Shown piece after piece: positions 1 through 11,162 of a stretch of DNA of 64,000 nucleotides; position 1 is the stretch's first letter, and each line of letters begins with the position of its first letter. The notes under the pieces are model-generated. The model worked only from the letters and a program-made list of their open reading frames with translations, was not told the DNA's origin and searched no databases. The stretch spans positions 864,001-928,000 of the forward strand of contig CAVWWD010000003.1 in assembly GCA_963758635.1 (NCBI GenBank). The letters run 5' to 3'. The stretch is from an uncultured Candidatus Rokubacteria bacterium (GTDB lineage Bacteria; Methylomirabilota; Methylomirabilia; Rokubacteriales; CSP1-6). A program made the position numbers and the translations under genes.

Positions 1-660
1 CGACAGGTCGCGCGCCTTCGCCAGCTCGAGCGTCTCCCGGGAGATCTGATCCCGCATGCGCGTCAGCATCCGCCCGAGGATCTCCTCGGGCGTCATCCCC
101 TTCACGAGCTGGTACGTGTCCGGGAACAGGTAGCCCTCCAGGCTCTCGGCCTCGACCCCCACGCTCCGGAGGAACGCGCGGTCGTGGGCCACGCGCAGGA
201 GGTCTTCGGCTGCGGCCACCCGCTCCGACTCGACGGCGCGGGCGAGCTCGACCAGCGTCCCGCCCTCGCGCAGCAGCACGGGATGGTGGAGCACCTTGCC
301 GCTCTCGAGCAGGCGCAGCACGGTCATGGTGGTCGCGCCCTGGGGAATCTCGTACTCGCCGGCCTTGAGGCTGCGGGCGCTGCCCCTCGCCCAGGCCAGG
401 ACCACGAAGCCGAGCCGGCTCCTGATCACACCTGCCTCGTCAAGGCGCTGGACCATCGTCAGGAGGCTGAGCCGGAGCGGGATGTCGACCACCCGGGGGC
501 TCGACTGCACGGTGGGAGAGGGGGTGAACGTCCACCATGCATGGAGAGCCACGAAGACGGCCGCGAGTGCGAGGAGGAGACGAACCGCCCTCCTCCACGT
601 CAGGCCAGGCCGAGCGCCGGGCTCGACGCGGGCCTTGAGGGTCCAGGGCCGATCCGTCAT
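1..660 (-). CDS. mltG: Endolytic transglycosylase MltG (YceG family), 3' end beyond window
   Basis: Not in the ORF track. Manual translation from ATG 660 gives an N-terminal TM helix, SLKAGEYEIP and SLEGYLFPDTY motifs typical of MltG; the frame runs off the window start. Confidence 0.9.
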   Translation of the reverse strand, partial: MTDRPWTLKARVEPGARPGLTWRRAVRLLLALAAVFVALHAWWTFTPSPTVQSSPRVVDIPLRLSLLTMVQRLDEAGVIRSRLGFVVLAWARGSARSLKAGEYEIPQGATTMTVLRLLESGKVLHHPVLLREGGTLVELARAVESERVAAAEDLLRVAHDRAFLRSVGVEAESLEGYLFPDTYQLVKGMTPEEILGRMLTRMRDQISRETLELAKARDLS

Positions 661-725
661 CGTTCGCGCTTACTTTGCCCGGACTTGGACGGTGAGTCAA
701 CTTCCCAAGCGCTCATCGGCCCCTC

Positions 726-734
726 TGTTATACT
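726..734 (+). promoter_or_regulatory. Extended -10 promoter for rpoA
   Basis: TGtTATACT about 45 nt upstream of ATG 780; SD GGAGG at 768-772. Confidence 0.6.
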
Positions 735-779
735 GTGTGGCCGGGGTCGTCGCCCCGCAATCTTCCTGGAGGAAATCAC

Positions 780-1787
780 ATGCCGCAGCTGCTGATGCCC
801 AACCGTCACGAGTGGCTGAGCGAGGATCGGGGATACGGCAAGCTCGCCGTCGAGCCGTTCGAGCCCGGTCTGGCCCTCACGGTGGGGAACGCGTATCGCC
901 GCGCCCTGCTGTCGTCCATCCACGGGGCGGCGCCGACCTGGGCGAAGATCGAGGGCGTCCTGCACGAGTTCTCGCACCTGCAGGGCATCACCGAGGACAC
1001 CCTGAACATCATCATGAACCTGCGGACGGTCGTGTTCGCGCTCCACGTGAACCGGCCGAAGATCTTGAGGCTCCGCGCCACGGGGCCTCGCACGGTGAAG
1101 GCGGGAGACTTCGAGCCCGACGCTGACGTGGACATCCTGACGCCGGACGTGATCGTGGCGGTGCTGGACAAGGACGGGTCGCTCGAGCTCGAGCTGTGCG
1201 TGGAGCGCGGGCGCGGCTACCAGGCCGCGGAGCGCCGCGAGCCGGAGGCCCTGCCCATCAACGCGATGCTCATCGACTCGGACTTCTCTCCCGTCAAGCG
1301 GGTCAACTTCCACGTGGAGTCGCCCCCGGGGGAGGCGCCCGCGCAGGAGCGGCTCGTCCTCGAGGTGTGGACCAACGGCAGCGTGACCCCCCAGGCCGCG
1401 GTGGCCGAGGCGTCCCGCATCCTCGAGGACCACTTCAGCCTGCTGAGCGACTTCCCGCAGCGGCCCGCGGAGGAGACGGAGCGCCGCGAGCCCGGCGCGG
1501 AGCCGCTGCCCAGGGTGGAGCTGAACGAGCACCTGTTCAGGAACGTCGACGAGCTGGAGCTGTCGGTGCGGGCGTCCAACTGCCTCAAGACCGCGAACAT
1601 CCGCACGATCGCCGACCTCGTCCAGAAGACGGAGTCGGAGCTCCTGAAGACGAAGAACTTCGGCAAGAAGTCCCTCAACGAGATCAAGACGATCCTGGGA
1701 GAGATGGGGCTCTCCCTGGGACTCCGTCTTGAGCCGGAAGAGCTGGAGCGGCTCCGCGCCCTGTACGAGCGCACGTTCGAGAGCTAG
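780..1787 (+). CDS. rpoA: RNA polymerase alpha subunit (stand-alone copy)
   Basis: [26 protein letters not shown] and FSPVKRV motifs; alpha-[18 protein letters not shown]...[11 protein letters not shown]. Start placed at ATG 780 after GGAGG. Confidence 0.96.
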   Translation: MPQLLMPNRHEWLSEDRGYGKLAVEPFEPGLALTVGNAYRRALLSSIHGAAPTWAKIEGVLHEFSHLQGITEDTLNIIMNLRTVVFALHVNRPKILRLRATGPRTVKAGDFEPDADVDILTPDVIVAVLDKDGSLELELCVERGRGYQAAERREPEALPINAMLIDSDFSPVKRVNFHVESPPGEAPAQERLVLEVWTNGSVTPQAAVAEASRILEDHFSLLSDFPQRPAEETERREPGAEPLPRVELNEHLFRNVDELELSVRASNCLKTANIRTIADLVQKTESELLKTKNFGKKSLNEIKTILGEMGLSLGLRLEPEELERLRALYERTFES

Positions 1788-1820
1788 GTCGGCCGCCCTC
1801 CCGCTTCCCGCGCGTCCCAT

Positions 1821-1849
1821 CACGGCCCCCGGCGACCCCGGGGGCCGTG
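1821..1849. terminator. GC-rich hairpin between convergent rpoA and PAP2 genes
   Basis: CACGGCCCCCGG-cgacc-CCGGGGGCCGTG, a 12-bp perfect stem with no clear U-tract. Confidence 0.5.
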
Positions 1850-1923
1850 GTGTGTCCGGGACCGGGTCAGGACGCGCCCCCGTCGTAGGGCGGCCCGCCG
1901 GGGCACGCCTGCCAAGCGGCGCG

Positions 1924-2973
1924 TCACCTCGCCGCCGGCCTCGCCTCGAGGGCCCCGAACGCCACCGCGAGCCGGCGCGGGTCGGAGGGCTGTCCGCGGC
2001 TCGCGCGGGCGAACCGGAACCGCAGCAGGTTCTCGTCGGGCCGAAGCGCCGGCGCGGGGAGCCTCACGTGATACTCGCTCCAGCCCCGATCCAGGAGCAG
2101 GCGTCCCGCGCGCGAGCCGTTGACCGACACTTCCACGTGCTGGCACGGCAGCTCGTCCTTGACCACGAAGGGTGCCAGCCGCAGCCGGAGGTCGTGATCG
2201 GACCGGCCGAGCGGCCCGATCCGGAGGACGGACTCGTCGCCCTCCGCCCACACGAACGGCGCCGCGCCGGCCCAGCGCTCGTCTCCCGACCAGCCGGAGA
2301 GCATCGCCGCCCGTCCCTCATGGCGGCCGAACGCGACGGTGGCCGCCGGCGGTCCGACGGCGGCGGCCGCATCGGCGCCGGTCCGTTGCGCCCCGAGGGT
2401 GCGCTCGTAGCTCACGAAGAAGGGCAACAGCAGCGCGGCGGCGCCGGCGGGGAGGACCCACAGCCAGCGCCACGCGGGACCGGGACTCTGCGGCGCGCCG
2501 GGCAGGGCCACGCGGGCGAGGAGGGCGCCGCTCACGGTTCCGAGCAGGGCGCCCCCGACGATGTCGATGGCGAAGTGGGCCTGCAGGTAGAGCCGGGCCG
2601 CCGCGGTGAGGACAGCGAGCAGGAACACCACGGGGCCCAGCCGCGGATAGGCCCGCGCGGCCACGGCGGCGAAGGCGAACGCGATGGTGGCATGGCCGGA
2701 CGGGAACCCGTAGCTCGACGCCGTGCTCGAGGGCCGCGGCGACTCCACCACCAGCTTCAGGACGTTGGCGAGGATCCCCGCGGCCACGACGCCCGCCAGC
2801 GCCACGACGCCGAGCCGGGCGAGACGACTCCGCCCCGTGGCGCGACCCGCCACGACGAGCCCGACGCTCAGCGCGCCCGCGACCGCGCCGTGTCCGAGCG
2901 CGCTCGCCGCCCGCATGACGTGGTACGCGCCCGGAACGGATGCGACCGCGCATCCGGCGTCGATCGGATCCAC
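1924..2973 (-). CDS. PAP2-family membrane phosphatase with C-terminal soluble domain
   Basis: Phosphatase motifs KLVVESPRP, FPSGHA and ARLYLQAHFAIDIVGG; several TM segments. Confidence 0.85.
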   Translation of the reverse strand: MDPIDAGCAVASVPGAYHVMRAASALGHGAVAGALSVGLVVAGRATGRSRLARLGVVALAGVVAAGILANVLKLVVESPRPSSTASSYGFPSGHATIAFAFAAVAARAYPRLGPVVFLLAVLTAAARLYLQAHFAIDIVGGALLGTVSGALLARVALPGAPQSPGPAWRWLWVLPAGAAALLLPFFVSYERTLGAQRTGADAAAAVGPPAATVAFGRHEGRAAMLSGWSGDERWAGAAPFVWAEGDESVLRIGPLGRSDHDLRLRLAPFVVKDELPCQHVEVSVNGSRAGRLLLDRGWSEYHVRLPAPALRPDENLLRFRFARASRGQPSDPRRLAVAFGALEARPAAR

Positions 2974-2990
2974 GCGCGGATTCTACTCCC

Positions 2991-5451
2991 TCACATCGGC
3001 GGCGCCTCCCCGTCCAGCGCGATCCGCTCCGTCGTGCGCGATCCCCAGCGCGTGACCCAGACGCTGACGCCGTCCGACTCCACGATCACCGCGCCATCGC
3101 GATCCGTCCGGTAGCACGCGCGCGCCCGCCGCTTGAAGCCGCGCGAGGGTCTCCGGGCGAGGGTGCTGGAAGGGGTTCCGGGCTCCCGCCGAGATCACCG
3201 CGAGCGTGGGTCGTGTGGCGGCCAGGAACGGCTCCGAGCTTCCGAAGCGGCTCCCGTGGTGCGCCACCTTCAGGACGAGGGCGGGGGCGGGGGGCCCGCG
3301 CGCGACGATCTCCTGCTCGGCCCGCCAGCCGATGTCCCCGGTGAAGAGGAGCGACACGCCGCGCCAGTCCAGCCGCATCACGAGCGAGGCGTCGTTCTCG
3401 CTGCGCGCGTCCACGTCGGTCCCAGCACGGCAACGGGCTTCGGCGTCGGGCCTTGCGCGGCCTCGTCGGCCGCGCGGGGCGCCGTGGGGTGGAGCATGGT
3501 GACGAGCGCGGATCCCATCTGGAGCCGCTGACCGGAGGCGAGCACCCGCCGGGGGGCGCCCGACGCGGCGATGGCCCGGAGCGTGTCCTCGGTTCCCTTG
3601 CCCCAGAGGCCGTTCTCCCAGAACTCCCCGACCCGGAAGTTGCGCGCGACGGCGGCGAGTCCTCCGGAGTGGTCGGGATCGGAGTGCGACACGACCACGG
3701 CGTGGAGGTGGGTGACCGGGCGGTTCCAGAGGAACGGGGCGAGGATGCGCTCTCCGACGTTGAAGCGCCCAGGGCCTCCGGGGCCGCCGTCCACCAGGAG
3801 CCGCTTCCCGTCGGGAAGCTCGACCAGGGCGGCGTCGCCCTGTCCCACGTCGAGGAAGGTCACCCGTAGCCGGCCGTCCGATGGTCGCACCCACGGCCAG
3901 AGCGTGAGCGCCAGCACCAGGAGCGCGAGGCTTCCCACCGCTGCGCGCACCGCGGCGCCGGCGCCGAGCCAGGGGAGGAGCGCGGCCGCGGCGTACCACG
4001 CGACCATGCCGAGCCAGTCGGGAGCGGGCAGGTGCACCATGGCCCACGGGACGCACGCGACCACCCAGACAGACGCCTTCAGCAGGACGACCACCAGCCA
4101 GACGAAGTTGAAGAGCGCGGAGGCGGCGAGGTCGCTGAGCAGCGAGAGCGTCAGGGCCAGGAGCCCGAGCGTGGTGACGGCGGCGGACAGCGGCACCACC
4201 ACGAGGTTGGCGACGACGCCGGCCAGCGAGAGCTGGTTGAAGTGCAGCAGCATCACCGGGGTGACCCCGGCCTGCGCGGCGAAGCTGACGGCGAGGCTGG
4301 CGGCGAGGATCCTCGGGCACCGCGCATGCGAAAGCGCGGCCGTGAGAGCGGGCGCCAGGTGGACGATGCCCGCCGTGGCGGCGAAGGAGAGGAGGAAGCC
4401 GGGGTCCCACAGGTCGCCCGGCCGCCAGGCGAGCACGGCGAGCGCGGCCAGGGAAAGCGCGTTCAGGAGCTGTGACTCGCGATCGAGCAGCACGCCGAGC
4501 AGCAGGGCGAGCCCCATGAGAGTGGCCCGCACCACGGACGGCTGGCCGCCCACGATCGACGCGAAGGCGATCAGGACGATGCCCGCCGCGACGGCGGTCG
4601 CGCGGCGAGGCAGCCGGGCCAGCGTGAGGACGAGGAAGACCGAGGACGCGAGGAGCGCCACGTTGAAGCCCGAGACGGCGAGCACGTGGTAGACGCCGGC
4701 GCGACGGAACGCCTCGTCGGTCTCGCGCGGGAGCCCACGGCGCTCGCCGAGGACGAGGCCGGCGAGCAGTGCCGCCGACCCCTCGGGCACGTGGCTGCCG
4801 ATGGTGGCGACGGCCCAGCGCTTCACCCGCACCGGCCACGGGGGCGCCTCCGGCGACAGCGGGGTCAGGCGATCGCCCCGGCCGCTCCCCACCAGGAGGA
4901 TGCCCTCGCGCCTCAGGTGGGCCGGGTAGTCGAAGGCCCCCGGGTTGCGGAAGCCGATCGGTCGATGGAGCGTGAGCTGCGCCGCGATCCGCTGGCCCGC
5001 GGCGAGCGGCGCCGTCTCGCCGAAGATCGTGACCTGCACCCGGCCCTCCGCCGGCCGCCGGCCTTCCGGCTCGATCAGCGCGTCGACGTCCAGGAGGAGT
5101 CGCGAGCGGTCCGGCGTCCACCGGATGGGCTCCTCGACGAGGACGCCTTCCACGCTCATGCGCGGGGACAGCGGCTGCATCACGAGGTGCTCGGGGAGAG
5201 GGCGGGGCGGGCGCGCCGCGCAGGGCGCCGAGTGTCGCGACGGCCCCCAGCAGGAGGGCGCTGGCCGTGCGTGACGCGCGCAGGCCGAGCGCGAGCGCGC
5301 CGGCGCCGAGCAGCGCGAGGGCGGCGCCAGAAACCCACGCGGAGGACAGCGGCAGCCAGGGCGTGGCGGCCAGGCCGGCCACGAAGGCGGCGGCCACCGG
5401 CAGCAGCGGAGCCGCGGCGAGGCGGCCTCGAATGCGTGGAGGAGGGCTCAC
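2991..5451 (-). CDS. comEC: Competence protein ComEC/Rec2 (frameshifted at about 5190, 3420 and 3112)
   Basis: Joined frames give GVYHVLAVSGFNV, FLDVGQGDA, SHSDPDHSGG, LFTGDI, LKVAHHGS and YRTDRDGAV; stop TGA at 2991-2993. Confidence 0.9.
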
Positions 5452-5496
5452 TGGGTCCGCCCGCGGCGAGGCGGCTCGTGATCCGCGCGCGCGGGC

Positions 5497-6000
5497 TCAC
5501 TCGGTGGCGACCACGAGGAGGTCCTTCACGGCGGCCAGCTTCTTCGGGCCGAGGCCGAGGACGCTCCGGAGCGCGTCGGTGGACTCGAAGCGTCCGCGCC
5601 GCTCGCGCTCCTCGACGATGCGGCGGGCCAGCGCGGGCCCGATGCCGGGCAGCCGTGCGATCTGCTCGCTCGACGCGGCATTGAGATCGAGGGGCCGCGG
5701 GTCCGCCGGCGCGGGAGGAGAGCGTTCCCCCGGCAGTCCGGGCTTCCCGATCAACGACTCCGACGACCGCGTGCCCTCGCTCGGGGGCGCGGCAGAGGGT
5801 TGCGGCGGCCGTGGCGCGGGGAGAGGCATCGGTGGAACGGGAAGGGCTGGCGACGGTTCGATCGGCGCCTCGCGGTCGAGCCGCTCGAGACGCTCGGCCA
5901 GCTCCGGGAAGCCGGCGCGCCACTCCCGGACGCCGAGGCCGGCGAGGAACACGAGGGCGAGGGCGAGCAGGAGCCAGAGCTGCGGGCGCGTGTACGGCAT
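5497..6000 (-). CDS. comEA: ComEA-family helix-hairpin-helix DNA-binding protein
   Basis: N-terminal TM, Pro-rich linker, LDLNAASSEQIARLPGIGPALARRIVEERERRGRF; directly upstream of comEC. Confidence 0.9.
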   Translation of the reverse strand: MPYTRPQLWLLLALALVFLAGLGVREWRAGFPELAERLERLDREAPIEPSPALPVPPMPLPAPRPPQPSAAPPSEGTRSSESLIGKPGLPGERSPPAPADPRPLDLNAASSEQIARLPGIGPALARRIVEERERRGRFESTDALRSVLGLGPKKLAAVKDLLVVATE

Positions 6001-6279
6001 CGGGGCCACGCTCTCACGCGCTCCCGGCGACGACTAGAGTGTCGGATTGGATACGGCCCGGCCCAGGGTGACCGCGGGGAACGGCGCCCGAGCCGCCGCT
6101 GGACGTAGATCGAAGGCTCTCTCGGCCCTAGTGGACGGCTCTCGCATCCCGATGCGCTGGCGCCTTGGCGCACGCCGCCCCCGGCGTGGTCCACCTCGAT
6201 CCCGCCACCGACGCAGCCGCGTGGTCCGCGCTGGCGGGCGGAGATGGGCGCTGGCGTTCGTATCGAGCGGCGTACGATC

Positions 6280-7903
6280 TCAGGTATCCGGCAGGTCGAT
6301 CGACGCCGTCCATCGGGACCACCATTCGAGGCCATGCGCGTGACGAACAGGCTTCGATCCGCGGCGCCGGGAACGACCCACCCGTTCGTGGACAGCGCCT
6401 GGAGAAGCGCGCGGGGCCGGTCGAACAGGTCCACCGAGAGCGGCACCCCGTGGCCATCGGGGCCGGTCAGGTGGATCCCGACGTGAGCCATCCGTGCCTG
6501 GGGCGCGTACTGTGGCGACCACTTGCGCCATTCGAGCCGGCAGGTCCTCCGATGTGTCCTCCTCGATCGGATCGGCTCCTTCGCCCGGGCTCGGACGCAG
6601 CGACTCCATCCAGTCCATGATGATCTCGCGCTCGGCCGGCGTGAAGACCTTGTACATCGGGCCGTTCTCGAAGGCCAGCAGCTCGAGGAACCGGCTCCGT
6701 CGCGGGTGCTCCACGTCGACGTACCCGCCCTCCACGAGCGCCTCCATGAGCCGGGGCGGATCGCCGAAGAGCTCCGACAGCGGCGCGCCTGCGACGGCTC
6801 GTCCGCCGTGCACCTGCTTCGCGACGGGCGCCTTGCGCTGTATGAGCGCGGCCATCCGTTGTCCGTGGTACCGCTGCAGGTCAGGCCACAGGGTCCGCTG
6901 GCCGGGTGTCGCGCTGACGTTGATCGTCTTGTGATCGATGGCGAAGAGGCGTTCCGCCAGCTCCCCGCCGAGGCCGCCGATCGTGGCCCACGTGACGTAC
7001 CCTCGCCAGATCCGCCGCCACGATGCCTGAACGAGGCGCTCGCCGCCTTCCTCCCGCTTCTGCTTGAGATAGAGCTTGACCGCCTCCTTGGCGAGGGCGC
7101 CGTGGCCGCCGACGGTGTTGTCGACGGCCACGTGGATCCGATAGAAGTGCGGGTTGATGTGGCGGGCGGCCAGCATGCGCACCATGGGGGCCAGGGTCGG
7201 CGTCGATTCCCATTCGAGAAAGAGCGTCATGCCGAGCAGCTCGGGGAAGAACTCGCCGGGGAACAGGCCGGTGCTGAGCTGGAACACCGCGCCCCGGAAG
7301 GCGCCGGGGAGAAACGGATACTCGGCGAACTCGGGGGAACGTCATCGGGGGCAGGTGGACGTTGACGCTCTTCAGCAGCGCGTCGTAGAGGCTCGCGTGG
7401 TTCTGGGCGGCCTCGCCGTTACCCGCCTCGTCGTTCCAGATCGTGAACAGGTTCGCTTGCACCTGGTCGGCTGGCCCGACGGTGACGATGTGCTGCAGCC
7501 ATGCCCCGTCGACGAGGTTCAACGGGGCGAGCTGGCGAAGGCGCTCGACGACGGCGCGATCGGAGAAGCGACCCACGGAGTACGTGCGCTCTTCGCCCGA
7601 TTCGTCAGGCCACACGAAGATGCCCGTATCCAGCCAGTGCGGCGTGTACATGATGGAGGCGACGTACCCGTCGTAGATCTGCTCGAGCCGCTCGTCGAAG
7701 CGCGCCTCCGTGTACTCGAACTCGTGGTAGAGGGGGCCCGCCTGGAAGTTCGCCCCCTCCAGGTAGTCCTTCGCGAGGTTGCGGGCCACGGGCAAGAACT
7801 CGGGATGGCGTTCGATGTTCACGAGCTTGTGGAAGTACTCCGGCTCCTTGGATGGCTCGAGCGTGACGGGCCGGACCGCGGCGGAAGCGACATGGTCGGT
7901 CAT
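6280..7903 (-). CDS. Heme-oxygenase-like iron-containing redox enzyme family protein (frameshifted; 3' end uncertain, 6128-6280)
   Basis: [42 protein letters not shown] and [12 protein letters not shown] motifs across frames 6881..7924 and 6280..7287. Confidence 0.75.
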
Positions 7904-7919
7904 GAAGGCCTCACCAAAG

Positions 7920-7935
7920 AGCAAGGGCCGCGCCA
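7920..7935 (-). promoter_or_regulatory. sigma54-type promoter
   Basis: Minus strand TGGCGCGGCCCTTGCT (GG-N10-GC), very close to consensus TGGCAC-N5-TTGCW. Confidence 0.55.
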
Positions 7936-8072
7936 GGGCTTTGGACCCACCGAGCCAACGAATCCAGTCACTGGTACGGTCCAGAAGACCACGGATGGGT
8001 GTGTTCGTAACTTCCTACCGGGTAAGGTTCGCCATCTCTGTCCGATCGGGGTCGGAATCGCTAGTATTTTCG

Positions 8073-8088
8073 CGGCACGGGTCGTGCT
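8073..8088 (+). promoter_or_regulatory. sigma54-type promoter for katE
   Basis: CGGCACGGGTCGTGCT (GG-N10-GC) about 80 nt upstream of ATG 8167. Confidence 0.5.
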
Positions 8089-8166
8089 TGAAGCGGGGGC
8101 CGAGCATATGGGACGGACGCCATGTGCAATCCACCAACGTGCGGACGGGTACGGAGGTAGAGAGTT

Positions 8167-10614
8167 ATGCCGCGCCGAAAGAGCACACCGCCCCGAAGGA
8201 GCACACCGAAGAAGACGCCCGGGACGAGTCCTGCCACGACGGTTGCCAGGACCACCGCACGGCCCACGGTGAGCGGGCCGAAGAGCGGCGTCGATGCGAT
8301 CACCGACGCGGCCACCGCGAAGATGGCGGGAACGGAGGCCGTCGCCGCCGCCTTTCCGTTCAACGCGGCAAAGCCGTCGGAATTCGGGGCGGGGGCCCAC
8401 CGGCCAGGGGCCAGACCGTCGAGCCGCCGCATCCCAGTGTGGCGGGGAGCACGCTCACCGAGATCAACGCCTCGGACAAGGTCGGCAGCGGCAATCCGCC
8501 CGCGAGCTTCAACCCGGGCAATGCGTCGCTCGATCGCGTCCGCGTCGATTCGGGCGGACGCGCGCTGACGACCAACCAGGGCGTGCCGGTCGCCGACAAC
8601 CAGAACTCGCTCAAGGCCGGTCTGCGCGGGCCCGCCCTGCTGGAGGATTTCATTCTCCGCGAGAAGATCACGCACTTCGACCATGAGCGCATCCCCGAAC
8701 GCATCGTCCACGCGCGCGGCTCGGGCGCGCACGGCTACTTCGAATGCTACGAGCCGCTGACGCGACCTCACGCGCGCGTCCATCTTCGCCGAAGCCGGCA
8801 AGCGCACGCCGGTGTTCGTGCGCTTCTCGACGGTCGCCGGCGAGCGCGGCTCGACCGACACCGCGCGCGACGTGCGCGGCTTCGCCGTCAAGTTCTACAC
8901 CGACGAAGGCAACTGGGATCTCGTCGGCAACAACATCCCGGTGTTCTTCATCCAGGACGCGATGAAGTTCCCGGACGTCATCCACGCGGTCAAGCCCGAG
9001 CCGCACCACGGCATGCCGCAGGCGGCCTCCGCGCACGACACGTTCTGGGATTTCGTCTCGCTCATGCCGGAGACCACCCACATGCTGATGTGGGTGATGT
9101 CGGACCGCGCGATCCCGCGCAGCTACCGGATGATGCAGGGCTTCGGCGTCCACACATTCCGCTTCGTGAACGCGGCCGGCGAGTCGCGTTCGTCAAGTTC
9201 CACTGGAACCCGATCGCGGGCACGCATTCGCTGGCGTGGGACGAGGCGGTCAAGATCTCCGGCGCCGATCCGGACTTCCACCGCCGCGACCTGTGGGAAG
9301 CGATCGAGGCCGGCGCCTATCCCGAGTGGGAGCTCGGCATCCAGGTGTTCACCGAGCGAGGAGGCCGAGCGGTTCACCTTCGACGTGCTCGACGCGACCA
9401 AGCTCATTCCGGAAGAGCTGGTGCCGCTGACGCCGATCGGCCGCATGGTGCTAAATCGCAACCCCGACAATTTCTTCGCCGAGACCGAGCAGGTCGCATT
9501 CTGCACCGCGCACATCGTGCCGGGGCTCGACTTCAGCAACGATCCGCTGCTCGCCGGCCGCATCCACTCGTACGTCGACACGCAGATCTCGCGGCTGGGC
9601 GGGCCGAATTTCCACGAGATCCCGATCAACGCGCCGGTCGCGCAGGTCCACAACAACCAGCGCGACGGCATGCATCGGCAGGCGATCCCCCGCGGCCGCG
9701 TCGCCTACGAGCCGAATTCGCTCGGCGGCGGCTGTCCGTTCCAGGCCGGCGCGCAGGGCTTCATGTCGTTCCCGCAGCCGATGGAAGAGCACAAGGTGCG
9801 CGGCAAGCCGGAGAAATTCGCCGAGCACTACAACCAGGCGACGCTCTTCTGGAACAGCCAGACGCGACGATCGAGAAGCAGCACATCATCCGCGCGTTCC
9901 GCTTCGAGCTCACCAAGGTGCAGACGCCGCGGTCCGCGAGCGCGTCGTGGCGCAGCTGCGCAACGTCGCCGAAGAACTGGCGACAAGCGGTGGCCGACGG
10001 CCTCGGCATGACCGAGCTGCCGGATCCGCTGCCGAAGGTGCTCGCAGCGCGCCCCGAAGCCGGAAGTCGCAGACGTCGCGCGGCGCTGTCGCTGTTTGCC
10101 CGGCCCGGGCACGGACGGCATCAAGACCCGGCGCGATCGCGATCCTGGTCGCCGACGGGTCGATGGCGCGGCGGCCGCTGCGCATGCACGAGGCGCTGGC
10201 GCGCAGGGCGCGGTGCCGCGCTTCGTCGGCGTCAAGCTCGGCCGCGTGCAGCCAGCGCGAGCGGCGAGCTCGATCGAAGTCGAGGTGTCGATGGAAGCCG
10301 CACCGCGCGGTGGTGTGGGACGCGATGATCGTGCCGCGACGGCGAGCGCGCGAGCAGACGCTGGGCGCGAGCGGCCACGCGCTCGAATTCCTGAAGGACC
10401 AGTATCGGCATTGCAAGCCGATCCTGCTCATGGGCTCGGCATCGGCGCTGCTCGATGCGGCCGGACATTCCGCCGGCGCTCCCCTCGGGACGAAGCGGAT
10501 CCCGGACTGCTCCAGTTCGGTGCGCGATAGAGCCGCGGCCGCCTGCCGGCCTTCATCGAGGCGCTCGCCAAGCATCGACATTTCGAGCGCGAAACGGATC
10601 CGCCACGGGTGTGA
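8167..10614 (+). CDS. katE: Large-subunit catalase HPII (multiple frameshifts)
   Basis: [65 protein letters not shown]-terminus [27 protein letters not shown] before ATG 8167. Confidence 0.92.
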
Positions 10615-10661
10615 TCGGGGGGAGTCAGGCGGACGCGCGAGATGCCGTGTTGGAGCCCGGA

Positions 10662-11099
10662 TCAGGGCCGCTTCGGCCCATCGGGCGCGATCGCCTCGCC
10701 GGCGTCGGCGGGCGTGCCCGGCCGACCGAACTCGAAGGCGAAACCGAAGCCGAACCAGCCGGCGCTATCGGGCTGGGTGGCGCCGCGCGAGCCCACGTCA
10801 GTGTTCGGTGACGTCCAGCCCGCGATGCCGGCGCGGCCGGCGGCCGTCTCGCCGGACAAGGGCGCGATGAACGCGGGCGCGTGTCGCACCCGGGGCGTCT
10901 CGCGATAGCGATCGGCGTCGCTCGGCCGCGACACGTCCTTCGGCTCCACTTCCGGTGCGATCACGAATGGCCGGGGTGGACGCTCGGAGGGCGGAGCTTT
11001 GAGCTCATCTCGGGCCCACGCGCCGGCCGCGAGCCCGAGCACCGCTGCGAGCGCGACAGCGCTTACGACAAGACTCTTGATACCGCGTCTGGTATTCAT
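10662..11099 (-). CDS. Hypothetical exported protein
   Basis: Signal peptide MNTRRGIKSLVVSAVALAAVLGLAAGAWA; no recognisable domain. Confidence 0.6.
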   Translation of the reverse strand: MNTRRGIKSLVVSAVALAAVLGLAAGAWARDELKAPPSERPPRPFVIAPEVEPKDVSRPSDADRYRETPRVRHAPAFIAPLSGETAAGRAGIAGWTSPNTDVGSRGATQPDSAGWFGFGFAFEFGRPGTPADAGEAIAPDGPKRP

Positions 11100-11162
11100 G
11101 GCATCTGAGACCTCGCCCTCCATTTGGAAGCAAGGAAGGCATAGCTTCTGGCCTCATTGCGC

